Below are positions 27,755 to 37,305 of a DNA stretch of 64,000 nucleotides, piece after piece. Position 1 is the first letter of the stretch; each line of letters opens with the position of its first letter. The notes beneath the pieces were generated by a model. The model saw only the letters and a list, made by a program, of their open reading frames with translations, did not search any database and had not been told where the DNA came from. A program made the translations under genes and the position numbers. The stretch comes from Candidatus Latescibacterota bacterium (lineage in GTDB: Bacteria; Latescibacterota; UBA2968; UBA8231). Location: contig OZ242005.1 of the NCBI GenBank assembly GCA_965204725.1, positions 448,001 to 512,000 of the forward strand. Direction: 5' to 3'.

Positions 27755-27863
27755 GCTGGCGGCGTGTAGTAAAATAACGAATACTAGTTTAACAGGAGCC
27801 ATAGCCGCGTCAAAAAAGGGGCGCGACAACGCGCCGCCTAGACCAAAAAAAGGAGCCGCTTCC

Positions 27864-28757
27864 ATGTCCGTCCGCTTTGCCTTCCTCACCGACACCCACC
27901 ACTACCCCGACGCCCCCAAAGACTACGGCGCGCCCAAAATGCTCACCCGCAGCCAAGAGGTGCTCGACGCGATCCCCCCGGCCCTCAATGCACAGGCTAT
28001 CGACTTCGTCGTCCACGGCGGCGACTTCCTCTGCGGCGGGTCGTCCTTCGACCTGCCCACCGCGACCTACCTGCGCTCAATTGACGAGGCCGCGGCGGCC
28101 TTCGCCCGGATCGAAGCCCCTTTCTACGCAGTCCCCGGCAACCACGACTGCGACGCCCAGAGCGGGTCTTTCGCCGGTTTCGCCGCCCGCTTCTCCTATC
28201 CCGAGCCGTTGACGGTCATCGAGGCCGCTCCGCGCTTGCGCTTGGCTCTGGCTAACGTCTTCCACGACTGCGATGTCTTTGAGCAAGGATCGGGCGTCTG
28301 GACCGACGCGCTCGACGGGGCACTGCGCGCGACCGCGGCTCAAGCACTGGCCGACGGCTGCGCCCTGCTGCTCGTTATCCATCCTTGGATTCTGCCGGAT
28401 TTCGACGGGGACCGCGGCGTAGTTGCCGGCGCACCGCGGCTGGTCAAAACGCTCAACGAAAGCCCGGCCATCGTCGCCGCTTTCACCGGCCACCGCCACA
28501 TCAACCGCATCACCGCCTACCGCGACTATCTGGTCGTCGATACGGCCTGTCTGATTGGCTTTCCCTTGGGCTATCGCCGCGTCGTGCTCTCGACCGATGG
28601 CTTTTTTAAGACGCGCTTCCACACCCTAAACCTGCCGGACTTGCGGCAAACTTCCTACGACCGCTCAACGCCCGAGGAAAATCAGGTCTGGGAAGGCCAC
28701 ATCCCCGACCGCGACGCGGAGATCCTGCTGCCGCGGCTGCGGGCGCTGTGGAGCTAA
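27864..28757 (+). CDS. Calcineurin-like metallophosphoesterase
   Basis: TDTH, GGD, GNHD, GHRH motifs; AAGGAG RBS before ATG 27864. Confidence 0.88.
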   Translation: MSVRFAFLTDTHHYPDAPKDYGAPKMLTRSQEVLDAIPPALNAQAIDFVVHGGDFLCGGSSFDLPTATYLRSIDEAAAAFARIEAPFYAVPGNHDCDAQSGSFAGFAARFSYPEPLTVIEAAPRLRLALANVFHDCDVFEQGSGVWTDALDGALRATAAQALADGCALLLVIHPWILPDFDGDRGVVAGAPRLVKTLNESPAIVAAFTGHRHINRITAYRDYLVVDTACLIGFPLGYRRVVLSTDGFFKTRFHTLNLPDLRQTSYDRSTPEENQVWEGHIPDRDAEILLPRLRALWS

Positions 28758-29777
28758 TCACCGCGGCCCGACCGCGCCCTCTTTGAGCATGGTAATCAGG
28801 GCCGAGTCCTCCGCGTCTAGCGGGAACACCACCCGCCCGCGGCGGCGGCTCGATTCGTAAGTAGCAAAAATCAATTCGGTCGCTTGCAGGGCCTTGCGCG
28901 CCGACAAACGCGGCTCCGCGCCGCTTTCGAGACAGGCGATCAGATCGAGCACCGACAGCACGGTGTCGCCACCCGGCGGGACGACCCCGGCGAGCTCTTC
29001 CTCGGCAAAGTCCTGCCACGCCGCACCCGCGCGCAACAGCCGCAACGGTGCGCGGCCCGCGCCCCCGACTTCGATGACGCCCTCGCTGCCAATGAGGCGG
29101 TTGCGCGGGCCTTGCATGTGCGCGGCCCCCGTGCCGAGCAGGCCCTCAACGCCATTTTGCCAGCGAATCCACGACAGGCCGCTGGTCTCTAAGGGCACGC
29201 CAAAGATCGCGCGCTCGGACTCGACGGCAATCTGGCCCATGACCCATTCGGCCGGCACTTCGTCGTTGTAAAAGAAGAACATGTCAAACCAATGCGTACC
29301 CCAATCAAACAGGTTGGCGCACGCGCCTTCGAGCCGCTGGAGTGCGCCGATGGCCCCTTCGTCGAGCAACTGTTTGGCCTTGACAAACGCAGCACCAAAG
29401 CGGCGTTGGTGGCAAAAGGTGAGGAGTACGCCGCGCTCGGCGCAGGCTTGGCACAGCGCCTTGGCGTCGCCCCACGTGCTAGCCACGGGCTTTTCGCAGT
29501 GGATGGCGCGGACGCCGGCCGTGGCCGCGGCTTCGACCATCTCGCGGTGCAGGCCGGTCCAAGTGCAGACGCTCACCACATCGAGGGCTTCGCACGCTAG
29601 CATGGCGCGGTAATTTCCGTAGGGGGCCGCAACCGCAAAGTCCGCGGCAAAAGACGCCCGGGCCGCTTCCACCGGGTCGGCACAGGCCGCGATTGCGACT
29701 TGGGCGGCTTGATAGCCCTCGGCGTGGGCGCGACCGCGCTGGCCGCAGCCGATTACACCCGCTCTGTACGTAGTCAT
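28758..29777 (-). CDS. Gfo/Idh/MocA family oxidoreductase
   Basis: VIGCG, CEKP, HQRRF, DWGTHWFD. Confidence 0.9.
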   Translation of the reverse strand: MTTYRAGVIGCGQRGRAHAEGYQAAQVAIAACADPVEAARASFAADFAVAAPYGNYRAMLACEALDVVSVCTWTGLHREMVEAAATAGVRAIHCEKPVASTWGDAKALCQACAERGVLLTFCHQRRFGAAFVKAKQLLDEGAIGALQRLEGACANLFDWGTHWFDMFFFYNDEVPAEWVMGQIAVESERAIFGVPLETSGLSWIRWQNGVEGLLGTGAAHMQGPRNRLIGSEGVIEVGGAGRAPLRLLRAGAAWQDFAEEELAGVVPPGGDTVLSVLDLIACLESGAEPRLSARKALQATELIFATYESSRRRGRVVFPLDAEDSALITMLKEGAVGPR

Positions 29778-29869
29778 ATTCTCATCGCGCTCCTCAGCTT
29801 TGGGGCTTTACGGCCTGAAGGCCGAGCGGTAAAATAAAAAATCAACCTTACTATCAACAGGAGAACGCC

Positions 29870-30700
29870 ATGCCCATCACCGATGCCCTCCCCGACATGG
29901 AGCGCGAGCTCAAGTTTTTCAGCGCGACCAACGACCATCCCCAAAAGCTCACCCACGCCCAGATCCGCCAGTTTAACGAGCGGGGTTATATCTGTCCTTT
30001 GGACGTGTTCACGCCCGAGGAAGCCGCGGCCAATCGCCGCTATTTCGACGCGCTCATGGCCCGCGCCCAAGCGAGCGGGCACAACAGTTATTCGATCAAT
30101 GGCTGGCATCGCCACTGCCGGGGCATCTACGACTTGTTGCACGAGCCGCGCATTCTCGATTACGTCGAAGACCTCCTCGGCCCCAATCTCGTCAGCGTTA
30201 TGACCCACTACTTTTGCAAGGAGCCGGGCGACCAAAAGCAGGTCGTCTGGCACCAAGACGCCTCGTACTGGCCGCTGACCCCGAGCAAGGTGGTGACCGC
30301 TTGGCTGGCCATCGACGATGTGGATGAGGAAAACGGGCCGATGACCGTCGTCCCAAGCTCGCATTTGCACGGGCAGATTCCCTTTGAGCACAGCACCGCC
30401 GAGGAGCAAAATGTCTTGGGGCAGAGCGTGCGCGATCCGCTCCGGTGGGGCGGCGAGCCGGTGGCCTTTACCATGCGCGCTGGCCAAATGTCCCTGCATA
30501 CCGACCTGCTCTTGCACGGCTCGGCCCCCAACCGCTCCACGCGCCGCCGCTGCGGGCTGACGCTGCGCTACATGCCGCCCGAGGTCCGCACCCGCGAAGA
30601 GCGGCGCGCCAATGGCTATATCTGCCGCGGCACCGACCCGAGCGGCTACTGGATTGACCTCCCCGCGCCGACCGACGACGCGGTGCCGCCGAGGCCCTAG
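29870..30700 (+). CDS. Phytanoyl-CoA dioxygenase (PhyH) family 2OG-Fe(II) oxygenase
   Basis: WHQD, AWLAIDD...ENG, LHGSAPN...RR. Confidence 0.9.
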   Translation: MPITDALPDMERELKFFSATNDHPQKLTHAQIRQFNERGYICPLDVFTPEEAAANRRYFDALMARAQASGHNSYSINGWHRHCRGIYDLLHEPRILDYVEDLLGPNLVSVMTHYFCKEPGDQKQVVWHQDASYWPLTPSKVVTAWLAIDDVDEENGPMTVVPSSHLHGQIPFEHSTAEEQNVLGQSVRDPLRWGGEPVAFTMRAGQMSLHTDLLLHGSAPNRSTRRRCGLTLRYMPPEVRTREERRANGYICRGTDPSGYWIDLPAPTDDAVPPRP

Positions 30701-30705
30701 CGACC

Positions 30706-31653
30706 GTGTCTTTACCGGAAGCCTTTCGCGCCCGCTTGCAGGCCGTGCTCCCGGCCGAGCACTTTGCCGCCTGCTGGCAGAGCTTGGCCGCCGAGCAACC
30801 TACGGCTTTCCGCGCCAACGCGCTCAAGGGCGCACCGGACGCGCTCCCCGCCGAGCTAGCGGCCGCGGGCTTTGCCCTGACGCCGCTGGGCTGGAAGGCC
30901 GACGCCTTTGTCGTCCCGGCTGATCAACGCCGCGCCCTCACCGAGTGTGCGGCCTGTCGCGAAGGCCGGCTCTACATCCAAAACCCCTCCAGCATGGTGC
31001 CGCCGATCCTCTTGGCACCGCAAAGCGGGGAGTCCATTCTCGACCTCGGGGCCGCCCCGGGCAGCAAGACCTTGCAACTCGCCGAACTCATGGGCAATCA
31101 AGGGCGTATATGGGCTGTGGAGTCCGTGCGCGGTCGCTTCTTTCGCCTGCGGGACAATTTGGCGCGGCACGGGGCCGAAAACGTGCAAGTCCTGCTCGCC
31201 GACGGAACCCGCATCTGGCGTCGCCATCTGGAGCGATTCGACCGCGTCCTCCTCGACGCGCCGTGCTCGTCCGAAGGGCGGTTCCGCGCCCACGCGCCCA
31301 AGACTTATGCCTATTGGAGCGAGAAGAAAATTGCCGAGGCCAGCCGCAAGCAGCGGCGGCTGTGCTACTCGGCCGTACAATGCCTCAAGCCGGGCGGGGT
31401 GTTGATCTACTCGACCTGCACCTTCGCGCCCGAAGAAAACGAGGCCATCATCAGCCGGATGCTGCGGCAGTTTGCCGGTGCTTTAACCGTAGAGGACATC
31501 GCGCTGCCTTTTGACAATGTGGCGTCGGGCTTGAGCCAGTGGCGGGGAAAGGCGTTTGACGCTCAGGTGCAGCGGGCCAAGCGGATTTTGCCGCTGGGAG
31601 GGATGGAGGGGTTTTTCGTGTGCCGCTTGCGGAAGACGGAGAGGACGAGGTAG
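30706..31653 (+). CDS. RsmB/RsmF (NOL1/NOP2) family RNA m5C methyltransferase
   Basis: LDLGAAPGSKT, LLDAPCS, YSTCT...ENE, GFF. Confidence 0.92.
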   Translation: MSLPEAFRARLQAVLPAEHFAACWQSLAAEQPTAFRANALKGAPDALPAELAAAGFALTPLGWKADAFVVPADQRRALTECAACREGRLYIQNPSSMVPPILLAPQSGESILDLGAAPGSKTLQLAELMGNQGRIWAVESVRGRFFRLRDNLARHGAENVQVLLADGTRIWRRHLERFDRVLLDAPCSSEGRFRAHAPKTYAYWSEKKIAEASRKQRRLCYSAVQCLKPGGVLIYSTCTFAPEENEAIISRMLRQFAGALTVEDIALPFDNVASGLSQWRGKAFDAQVQRAKRILPLGGMEGFFVCRLRKTERTR

Positions 31654-31825
31654 GGGGGCGGAGTTCGGGGCGTCGTAGGATGACTTAGACCAATGCTACT
31701 GACTCAGTGTTTCCTCTAATCCGTAAAAAACTCGTGGCCGTCCTGCGGCCGTTTCGTACCGTCGTGAAACAGCGATCGATACAGCCTTCAAATCAAAAAA
31801 GTTACCTCGACGGAACTCTTCTGAA

Positions 31826-32119
31826 TCAAAATAGAGTTGGTCTGTCGTCACTTGGTCTCTCCAAAACTAGCCAGTCAGCTTGATCCCCAACGCAAGAGCG
31901 ATGAATCCACACTGCATTGGTGATCTGATTCACAGCCACAGATCGGCTCCAAGCCAATAGTTGATCCGCAGAGTCACGCGCAATTTTCTTACCACAAACC
32001 TCGCACTCAAAATCATCCTTGCTCAAACCTTCTTTTAGCCCATAAAATACTCGGGAACCATCGCTATCCGGCATCCCGCCGACATACGTTCCTGCCAGTA
32101 TCGGCCTTAGAAGCCTTTT
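31826..32119 (-). CDS. Hypothetical CxxC...HxxC protein, 5' end abutting or interrupted by IS630
   Basis: CEVC...HRSC; the track ATG at 32134 lies inside the IS terminal repeat, so the true start is uncertain. Confidence 0.35.
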   Translation of the reverse strand, partial: KRLLRPILAGTYVGGMPDSDGSRVFYGLKEGLSKDDFECEVCGKKIARDSADQLLAWSRSVAVNQITNAVWIHRSCVGDQADWLVLERPSDDRPTLF

Positions 32120-33209
32120 TATTGACCTCTGCATTTTTAATGGAATAGTTTATATTTATTTATATGCGACCTAAAGGTAGTGCCGATCGGCTAGAATATC
32201 GCCGTCAATGGGCGGCTCAGTTGCTGGATGAAGGGCGAGGCGTCAACGAAGTAGCTCGTCTGGTTCGAGCGTCTCCCTCCTCGGTGTCTCGCTGGAAGGC
32301 GATGAAAGCGCACGCCGGCGAGGAGGGGCTCAAAGCCAAACCGCATCCGGGGCGGGGCTGTCGGTTGAGTGGCCCAGATAAGGAGCAGTTGAAGCAGCTT
32401 CTGCTGGCGGGTCCCCAGGCGGCGGGCTTTGATACCGCGCTGTGGACGTGTCGGCGAGTCGCGCAGGTGATTGCCCACACGTTTGGGGTGTCCTATCATC
32501 CCGATCACGTGGGTCGTCTGCTGCATGGGTTGGGTTTTTCGTGCCCGTATCCCCAGCACCAAGCGCGGGAACGCGATGAGGAGGCCATCCGCCAATGGCG
32601 CTTAGTGGAATGGCCACGGATTAAAAAAAAGCCCGGCACCAAGGGATGACCCTCGTCTGGATCGATCCGAGTGGCTTCCTGCTGCAACCCACCCGGCGTA
32701 GGACATGGGCTTTGGCGGGGCACACGCCGATACACAAGGTGTGGAGCCGCCACGATCACGTGTCGGTTCAAGCCGCCGTTACCCTGCCACCTCGACGCCA
32801 GCGGTTGGGCGTTTATTTCCGGGTGTATGAGCAGAATATCCATACGCAGGATGTGGTCTCCTTTGTCGGGTATATGATGAACATGATACGACGTAAAATC
32901 GTGCTCATTTTGGATCGATGGAGTGTGCATCGTGCGGCGGTGGCGATCCTACAGAAACGGTACGCCGATCGACTCACCATCGAATGGTTACCCGCCTATG
33001 CACCCGAATTGAATCCGGTCGAACAGGTCTGGAATCATACCAAGTACGGGGACTTGGCCAACTTCAGGCCAGAACACATCGACCACCTCGCAGACGCGGT
33101 TACGATGTCGATGACCGCCCAGCATCACGATACCCCCCTGATCCGAGGCTTCTTCAAGTATGCACAACGTACCCTGTAAAGAAGTCCTTTAGTTTTGCAG
33201 AAGTCAATA
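32120..33209 (+). mobile_element. IS630 family insertion sequence
   Basis: Imperfect IRs TATTGACCTCTGCATTTTTAATGGA and reverse-complement TATTGACTTCTGCAAAACTAAAGGA; TA at both ends. Confidence 0.92.
32164..33179 (+). CDS. IS630 transposase (two ORFs joined by a -1 frameshift)
   Basis: HTH ORF 32164-32649; DDE ORF 32646-33179 (WID, ILDRW, PELNPVEQVW); slippery A8G at 32623-32631. Confidence 0.9.
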
Positions 33210-33345
33210 AGCATCCCATACTGGATTTATCCAATAGTCAGAGCTTGACATATATTAGGGAAGAAATGAAGAAGGTTAATCTGCGGGAATTTATGTGATC
33301 TGTTCACGGATATTCCTCTTCTTGATGGTGGATGTGAAAATTCTT

Positions 33346-34182
33346 TTACCGCAGAATGGCATTTGGTGGAAGTGCGACTATATCTGTTGCGCCAAGTGTT
33401 CGGAGATCCTGCAAACGACTCCAAAACTCTTTCGCTTCTACGACGATATGGACGGCCACTATATCTTCACGAGCCGCAAGCGGTAGAACGGTGGGAGCAG
33501 TGAGTCCGAGAAATAACTCGGCCAGTTGGCCCACGAGCGTCGGATCTAAATGCAGCATCAAATAGTAGTGTTTCCTCGCGTCGAGTACCGCCCGAATCCG
33601 CAGTTCAAGATTCTCAAGACCTTCATTAGATCGGTACACGAAAAGCCCTTGGCAGGGCATGATCTCCTTTAGGATACGGAGTCCGTTTTTCGCCAAGCTG
33701 TTGCCCGTTTCTCGTATATCGACAATTGCATCCGCGAGGCCAGCCGAACACACCCCTTCGAGAGCACCACCCATAGTCACTACCGTTACTTTGATCCGTT
33801 GTTCATTGAACCAACGTGTTGTAGCCTTTGGGAGGTGGGTCGCAACGATTGCTCCGGTTAAGTCGGCCACCGAAGTTCGCCCGTCACCTTCTCGGCTTGC
33901 AATAACCAAATCGGATTGAGCAGATCCCAGTGGAAGGGCGGCAAGATGACCGAGGTCTTCTTCAAGGACGAGGTCGGTAGAGATGAAAGCACCATTGATC
34001 CGACCTGTACCAAGCCAAGCGGCCGCATCTCGTGGCCGCATCTCGATAAACTCGAGCTCGTTGACTATTGCCCTTGATCCATTGCCGTCGAAGAACGATG
34101 TGGTGAAACCCGCCTGATTCAGAAGTTCTAAAGCGAAACCACGAAGACGCCCTCTTGAGGGGATGGCAACGCGAGCGATCAT
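33346..34182 (-). CDS. hisG: ATP phosphoribosyltransferase (long form)
   Basis: AIPSRGRL, RPRD, ADAIVDIRETGNSLAKNGL, C-terminal GLTAPTVLPL regulatory domain. Confidence 0.9.
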   Translation of the reverse strand: MIARVAIPSRGRLRGFALELLNQAGFTTSFFDGNGSRAIVNELEFIEMRPRDAAAWLGTGRINGAFISTDLVLEEDLGHLAALPLGSAQSDLVIASREGDGRTSVADLTGAIVATHLPKATTRWFNEQRIKVTVVTMGGALEGVCSAGLADAIVDIRETGNSLAKNGLRILKEIMPCQGLFVYRSNEGLENLELRIRAVLDARKHYYLMLHLDPTLVGQLAELFLGLTAPTVLPLAAREDIVAVHIVVEAKEFWSRLQDLRTLGATDIVALPPNAILR

Positions 34183-34490
34183 CTTCTGCGTTCTCCTAGC
34201 TCGTTTATGACATCCTCAAAGGAAACATCTACCCCTACGAGCCCAACAAGCAAATGGAACAGGAGGTCAGCGGCTTCTGAGGTGATGCGCTGCCGATCTA
34301 CTACTGGCCGCCCAAGTTCAAGACAGATCTCGAACGCCTCCTCCATCAACTTGCGTTGAAGCAGCTCTTTGTCTGAAAACAGCTTGGTGGAGTAAGACCC
34401 CTCTGGTCGCGTCCTGCATCGTTCCCGTAGGATGCTTTCTAGTTCGTGGATGATTTCTGACCTCTCGAAATTTTTGGTGGGTTGAGCCAC
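34179..34490 (-). CDS. hisE: Phosphoribosyl-ATP pyrophosphatase
   Basis: PEGSYSTKLF, KLMEEAFE, EAADLLFH; ATGA overlap with hisG. Confidence 0.92.
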   Translation of the reverse strand: MAQPTKNFERSEIIHELESILRERCRTRPEGSYSTKLFSDKELLQRKLMEEAFEICLELGRPVVDRQRITSEAADLLFHLLVGLVGVDVSFEDVINELGERRR

Positions 34491-34511
34491 GTATTATCTC
34501 CTCTCTCGCCG

Positions 34512-35540
34512 TTATCCTTCTAAGCCCTGTAGCTGCGTTGGTTCTTCAAGGGGGACCACGGGATTTTCCAAAACTCCGATCCCGCCGGAAAAGGTCAACT
34601 GCATCACGTCCCCGTCCAAAAGCCCCGCCGCCAAGTCCGCCTCGGCAAAGACGATGGGCGTCCCCCAATAAAAGGCCAGCAGGGTGCGCGGTGCTAGGGG
34701 CAGCCGCCGGAAAAGGTGGTGCTCTAGATGCAGGAGTTGCCCGGGCATGTTCAGGTTGTTCTGGCCGGTCGCGCCCTTCTTGTATGCTATGGATTGTCCG
34801 CCGCGCAGGATGCGGCACGAGACCTCGACCTCGGCGTCGTCGTACTCGTCGGCCGTAACCAACATCGGCCCTAGAGAAGCGCAGCCGCCGGCCCAGTTTT
34901 TGGCTTGGGGCAAGTTGAGGGGATTGGCGGCCTCAATACCGTTGTCGGTGGCGTCGTTGCCGCCGGTATAGCCCAGCCGCTCTAAGCGGCCTTGGCGCGT
35001 CAGGCCATAGACCGACACCAGCTCGGTCTCGGGCACTAAGCGCTGGGTGTCGCCGGGCCGGGTGATGGGCTGGCCGTGCCCGACGACGGCGTCTGGCTCG
35101 CCCTTGGCGAACAGCTCGGGGCGGCCACCGCCGGACACTTCGCGGTATTTCTGGTCGTACACGTTGACCACCTCGCCGGTGGCCTGCTGGGCCTCGATTT
35201 CGCGCAGCTTAGCGCTGACTTGGTGGGTCACGCCAGCCAGCCACACGCGCAGGGCGTGGGGATCGCCGGGCGGGCCGCTGACCGGCTTCGTCAGGTACGG
35301 GGTGCGGGTGCTGCGGTTGGCCAACAGCGCGTCTAGCGGCAAGCGGCGCGTAGCCCGGTTTTGCAAGTTCTGAGCGGCGACCGCCAACCCAATCTCGTCG
35401 CCACCGCCGTCGTAGTAAAGCTGATGCACGGTACGCAGCTTCGGTGCCGCGCCGGTCAGGTCTAAGACTTCGTCGCCGGCGACGAGGCCCAAGCGCATAC
35501 CGTCCTCCGGCTCGATAAATTGCACTAGTTTCATACGCAT
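34512..35540 (-). CDS. Fumarylacetoacetate hydrolase family protein (keto-deoxy sugar-acid dehydratase-like)
   Basis: WLAGVT, RPELFAK, VPETEL, GYTGGND, NPLNLPQAK, IGVLENPV. Confidence 0.8.
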   Translation of the reverse strand: MRMKLVQFIEPEDGMRLGLVAGDEVLDLTGAAPKLRTVHQLYYDGGGDEIGLAVAAQNLQNRATRRLPLDALLANRSTRTPYLTKPVSGPPGDPHALRVWLAGVTHQVSAKLREIEAQQATGEVVNVYDQKYREVSGGGRPELFAKGEPDAVVGHGQPITRPGDTQRLVPETELVSVYGLTRQGRLERLGYTGGNDATDNGIEAANPLNLPQAKNWAGGCASLGPMLVTADEYDDAEVEVSCRILRGGQSIAYKKGATGQNNLNMPGQLLHLEHHLFRRLPLAPRTLLAFYWGTPIVFAEADLAAGLLDGDVMQLTFSGGIGVLENPVVPLEEPTQLQGLEG

Positions 35541-35558
35541 TGCTCCCTAAGTGATCGT

Positions 35559-36386
35559 TTAAGAGATAAAGAGCGGCGCGTCCGACTTGGGCGCGATGCC
35601 GGCCCGCTCGGCCCGCTCGATCAGGTCGAATATGGCGGCTTCGCCGTCCGCTCCGTAATCGAGCGTGTGCCGATTGACGTACAGGTCGATATGCGCCTGC
35701 ACGACGCCTTCGTCCATTTCTTGGGCGTACTGGCGGATGTAGCCCCGCACCGCGTCTGGGTGGGCGTAGGCGTACTCTACGCTCTGCACGAGCGCCCGGT
35801 CGAGCTGGCCGATGAAGTCGGCCCCGAGGCTGCGCCGTGCGAGGATGCCGCCGAGGGGAATGGGATGCCCGGTGCTTTCCTCCCACCACTGGCCTAGATC
35901 GACGACCGCTTCCAGCCCGTGTTGGGCATAAGTGAAGCGGCTCTCGTGGATGATGACGCCCGCATCAACTAAGCCTTGTGCGGTCGCTTCTACGATCTGG
36001 TCGAAAGGCATGACCGCTAGCTGCTCAATGCTGGGGTCAAACAGCCTCAGCAGCAGGGCCGCGGTGGTCAGCCGCCCAGGAATAGCGACCCGCTTGTGCT
36101 TGAGGTCTTCCCGCGCCAACCGCTCCCGCGCTACCAAAAGCGGCCCGCACCCCCGCCCCAAGGCACCGCCGGCGTGTAGGAGGCAGTACTGCTGCCGCAA
36201 GTGCGCCAGCGCGTGGAAGGATATTTTGGTCGCGTCGAGCTGCCCTTGCAGCGCTTGCGCGTTGAGCGTTTCGATGTCGGCCAGCACGGGCGTGCATTCG
36301 GGCGCACCGGCGATCTGCCCGTGGACCAAGCCGCAAAAGACAAACGTATCGTTGGGACAGGGCGAATAGCCCAAGGTCACGCGCAT
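35559..36386 (-). CDS. mqnD: 1,4-dihydroxy-6-naphthoate synthase
   Basis: GYSPCPNDTF, ADIETLN, GALGRGCGP, IIHESRFTY, PIPLGG. Confidence 0.95.
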   Translation of the reverse strand: MRVTLGYSPCPNDTFVFCGLVHGQIAGAPECTPVLADIETLNAQALQGQLDATKISFHALAHLRQQYCLLHAGGALGRGCGPLLVARERLAREDLKHKRVAIPGRLTTAALLLRLFDPSIEQLAVMPFDQIVEATAQGLVDAGVIIHESRFTYAQHGLEAVVDLGQWWEESTGHPIPLGGILARRSLGADFIGQLDRALVQSVEYAYAHPDAVRGYIRQYAQEMDEGVVQAHIDLYVNRHTLDYGADGEAAIFDLIERAERAGIAPKSDAPLFIS

Positions 36387-37099
36387 ACTCCCTCCTCCAA
36401 GAGCTTCTCAACGGCGGCCTGCGCCCTAGCGGCGGCCCGCGGCACATCCCATTGCTCCCGCGTACGCTGCTCGACGATGTTGCTCATGGCGCGCAGTTCG
36501 GCAAAAGGCACCCCGTACAGGGTGCATAGGTGCGCGACCGCCGCTCCCTCCATGTTTTCGCACAAGGCCCCAAAGCGCCGTCCCCGTTCCACCCCCAACT
36601 CGTCGGTGCCCGCGCATTCCTGCACGGTGACGAAGGGGCCGATATAGGCTTCCGGCAACGCGACCGCCGCCCGCCGTACCCACTGCTCGTCGGTGGGGAA
36701 GCAATTGTAATAGGAGCGCCCTTTCTCCAGCACCGGAATGCCAATCAGTTCGCTGGCCTGCCAGCCGTCTGGCGTCCGCACCCCCAGATCCCCGTAGTAT
36801 TCCTCGCTGGCCAAGGCCAGATCCCCGACACTTGCCCCGCTCTCTGGATAAGCCCCACCCACGCCGACTTGGACGACCCGCAGCGGCCGCTGCCCCTGCA
36901 AGTAGCAGGTGAGCGCGTGGGCCGCATTCACCGCGCCGATTCCGGTTGTGACCAAGGTCACCGGCTGGGCGCCAATTTTCCCGCTCATCCATTCGCGCCC
37001 GGCGACTTTGCGCTGTACGCGCTCGGCCACGGCCTCTCTTAGGGCAAGCTGCTCAAAAGCCGTCGCACTCAGGACGAGGATTTCTTCGGTGCCCGTCAT
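36377..37099 (-). CDS. mqnB: Futalosine hydrolase
   Basis: PNP/MTAN fold: GIGAVNAA, ENMEGAA, ELRAMSN; adjacent to mqnD. Confidence 0.9.
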   Translation of the reverse strand: MTGTEEILVLSATAFEQLALREAVAERVQRKVAGREWMSGKIGAQPVTLVTTGIGAVNAAHALTCYLQGQRPLRVVQVGVGGAYPESGASVGDLALASEEYYGDLGVRTPDGWQASELIGIPVLEKGRSYYNCFPTDEQWVRRAAVALPEAYIGPFVTVQECAGTDELGVERGRRFGALCENMEGAAVAHLCTLYGVPFAELRAMSNIVEQRTREQWDVPRAAARAQAAVEKLLEEGVCA

Positions 37100-37111
37100 G
37101 GAGGACTCCTA

Positions 37112-37230
37112 TATGGCAATCCTACATCCTTCAAGACTGGATTCCCGCTTGCGCGGGAATGACGACTCGTAGGCAAAAAAGACTGGGCCGATGAACATTC
37201 CATGCCTTCAGATTATTTAGGACTGCTATA
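37112..37230. mobile_element. MITE copy B3 (complete, inverted relative to B1)
   Basis: TATGGCAATCCTACATC...CTGGATTCCCGCTTGCGCGGGAATGAC...ATTTAGGACTGCTATA. Confidence 0.8.
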
Positions 37231-37251
37231 TGAATGTTGGATAATATACGG

Positions 37252-37280
37252 TTGACTCGGCCGAGAGCCAGCCTTACAAT
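37252..37280 (+). promoter_or_regulatory. sigma70 promoter of purM
   Basis: TTGACT-17 nt-TACAAT, 25 nt upstream of the ATG. Confidence 0.65.
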
Positions 37281-37305
37281 CCGGCCTAGAACAGAAAGGA
37301 ATTAG

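Noticed and set aside
32120-33209. This IS630 as the mobiliser of the TA-flanked MITEs
   Set aside because: Its ends (TATTGAC...) do not match the MITE ends (TATAGC...TCCTA).
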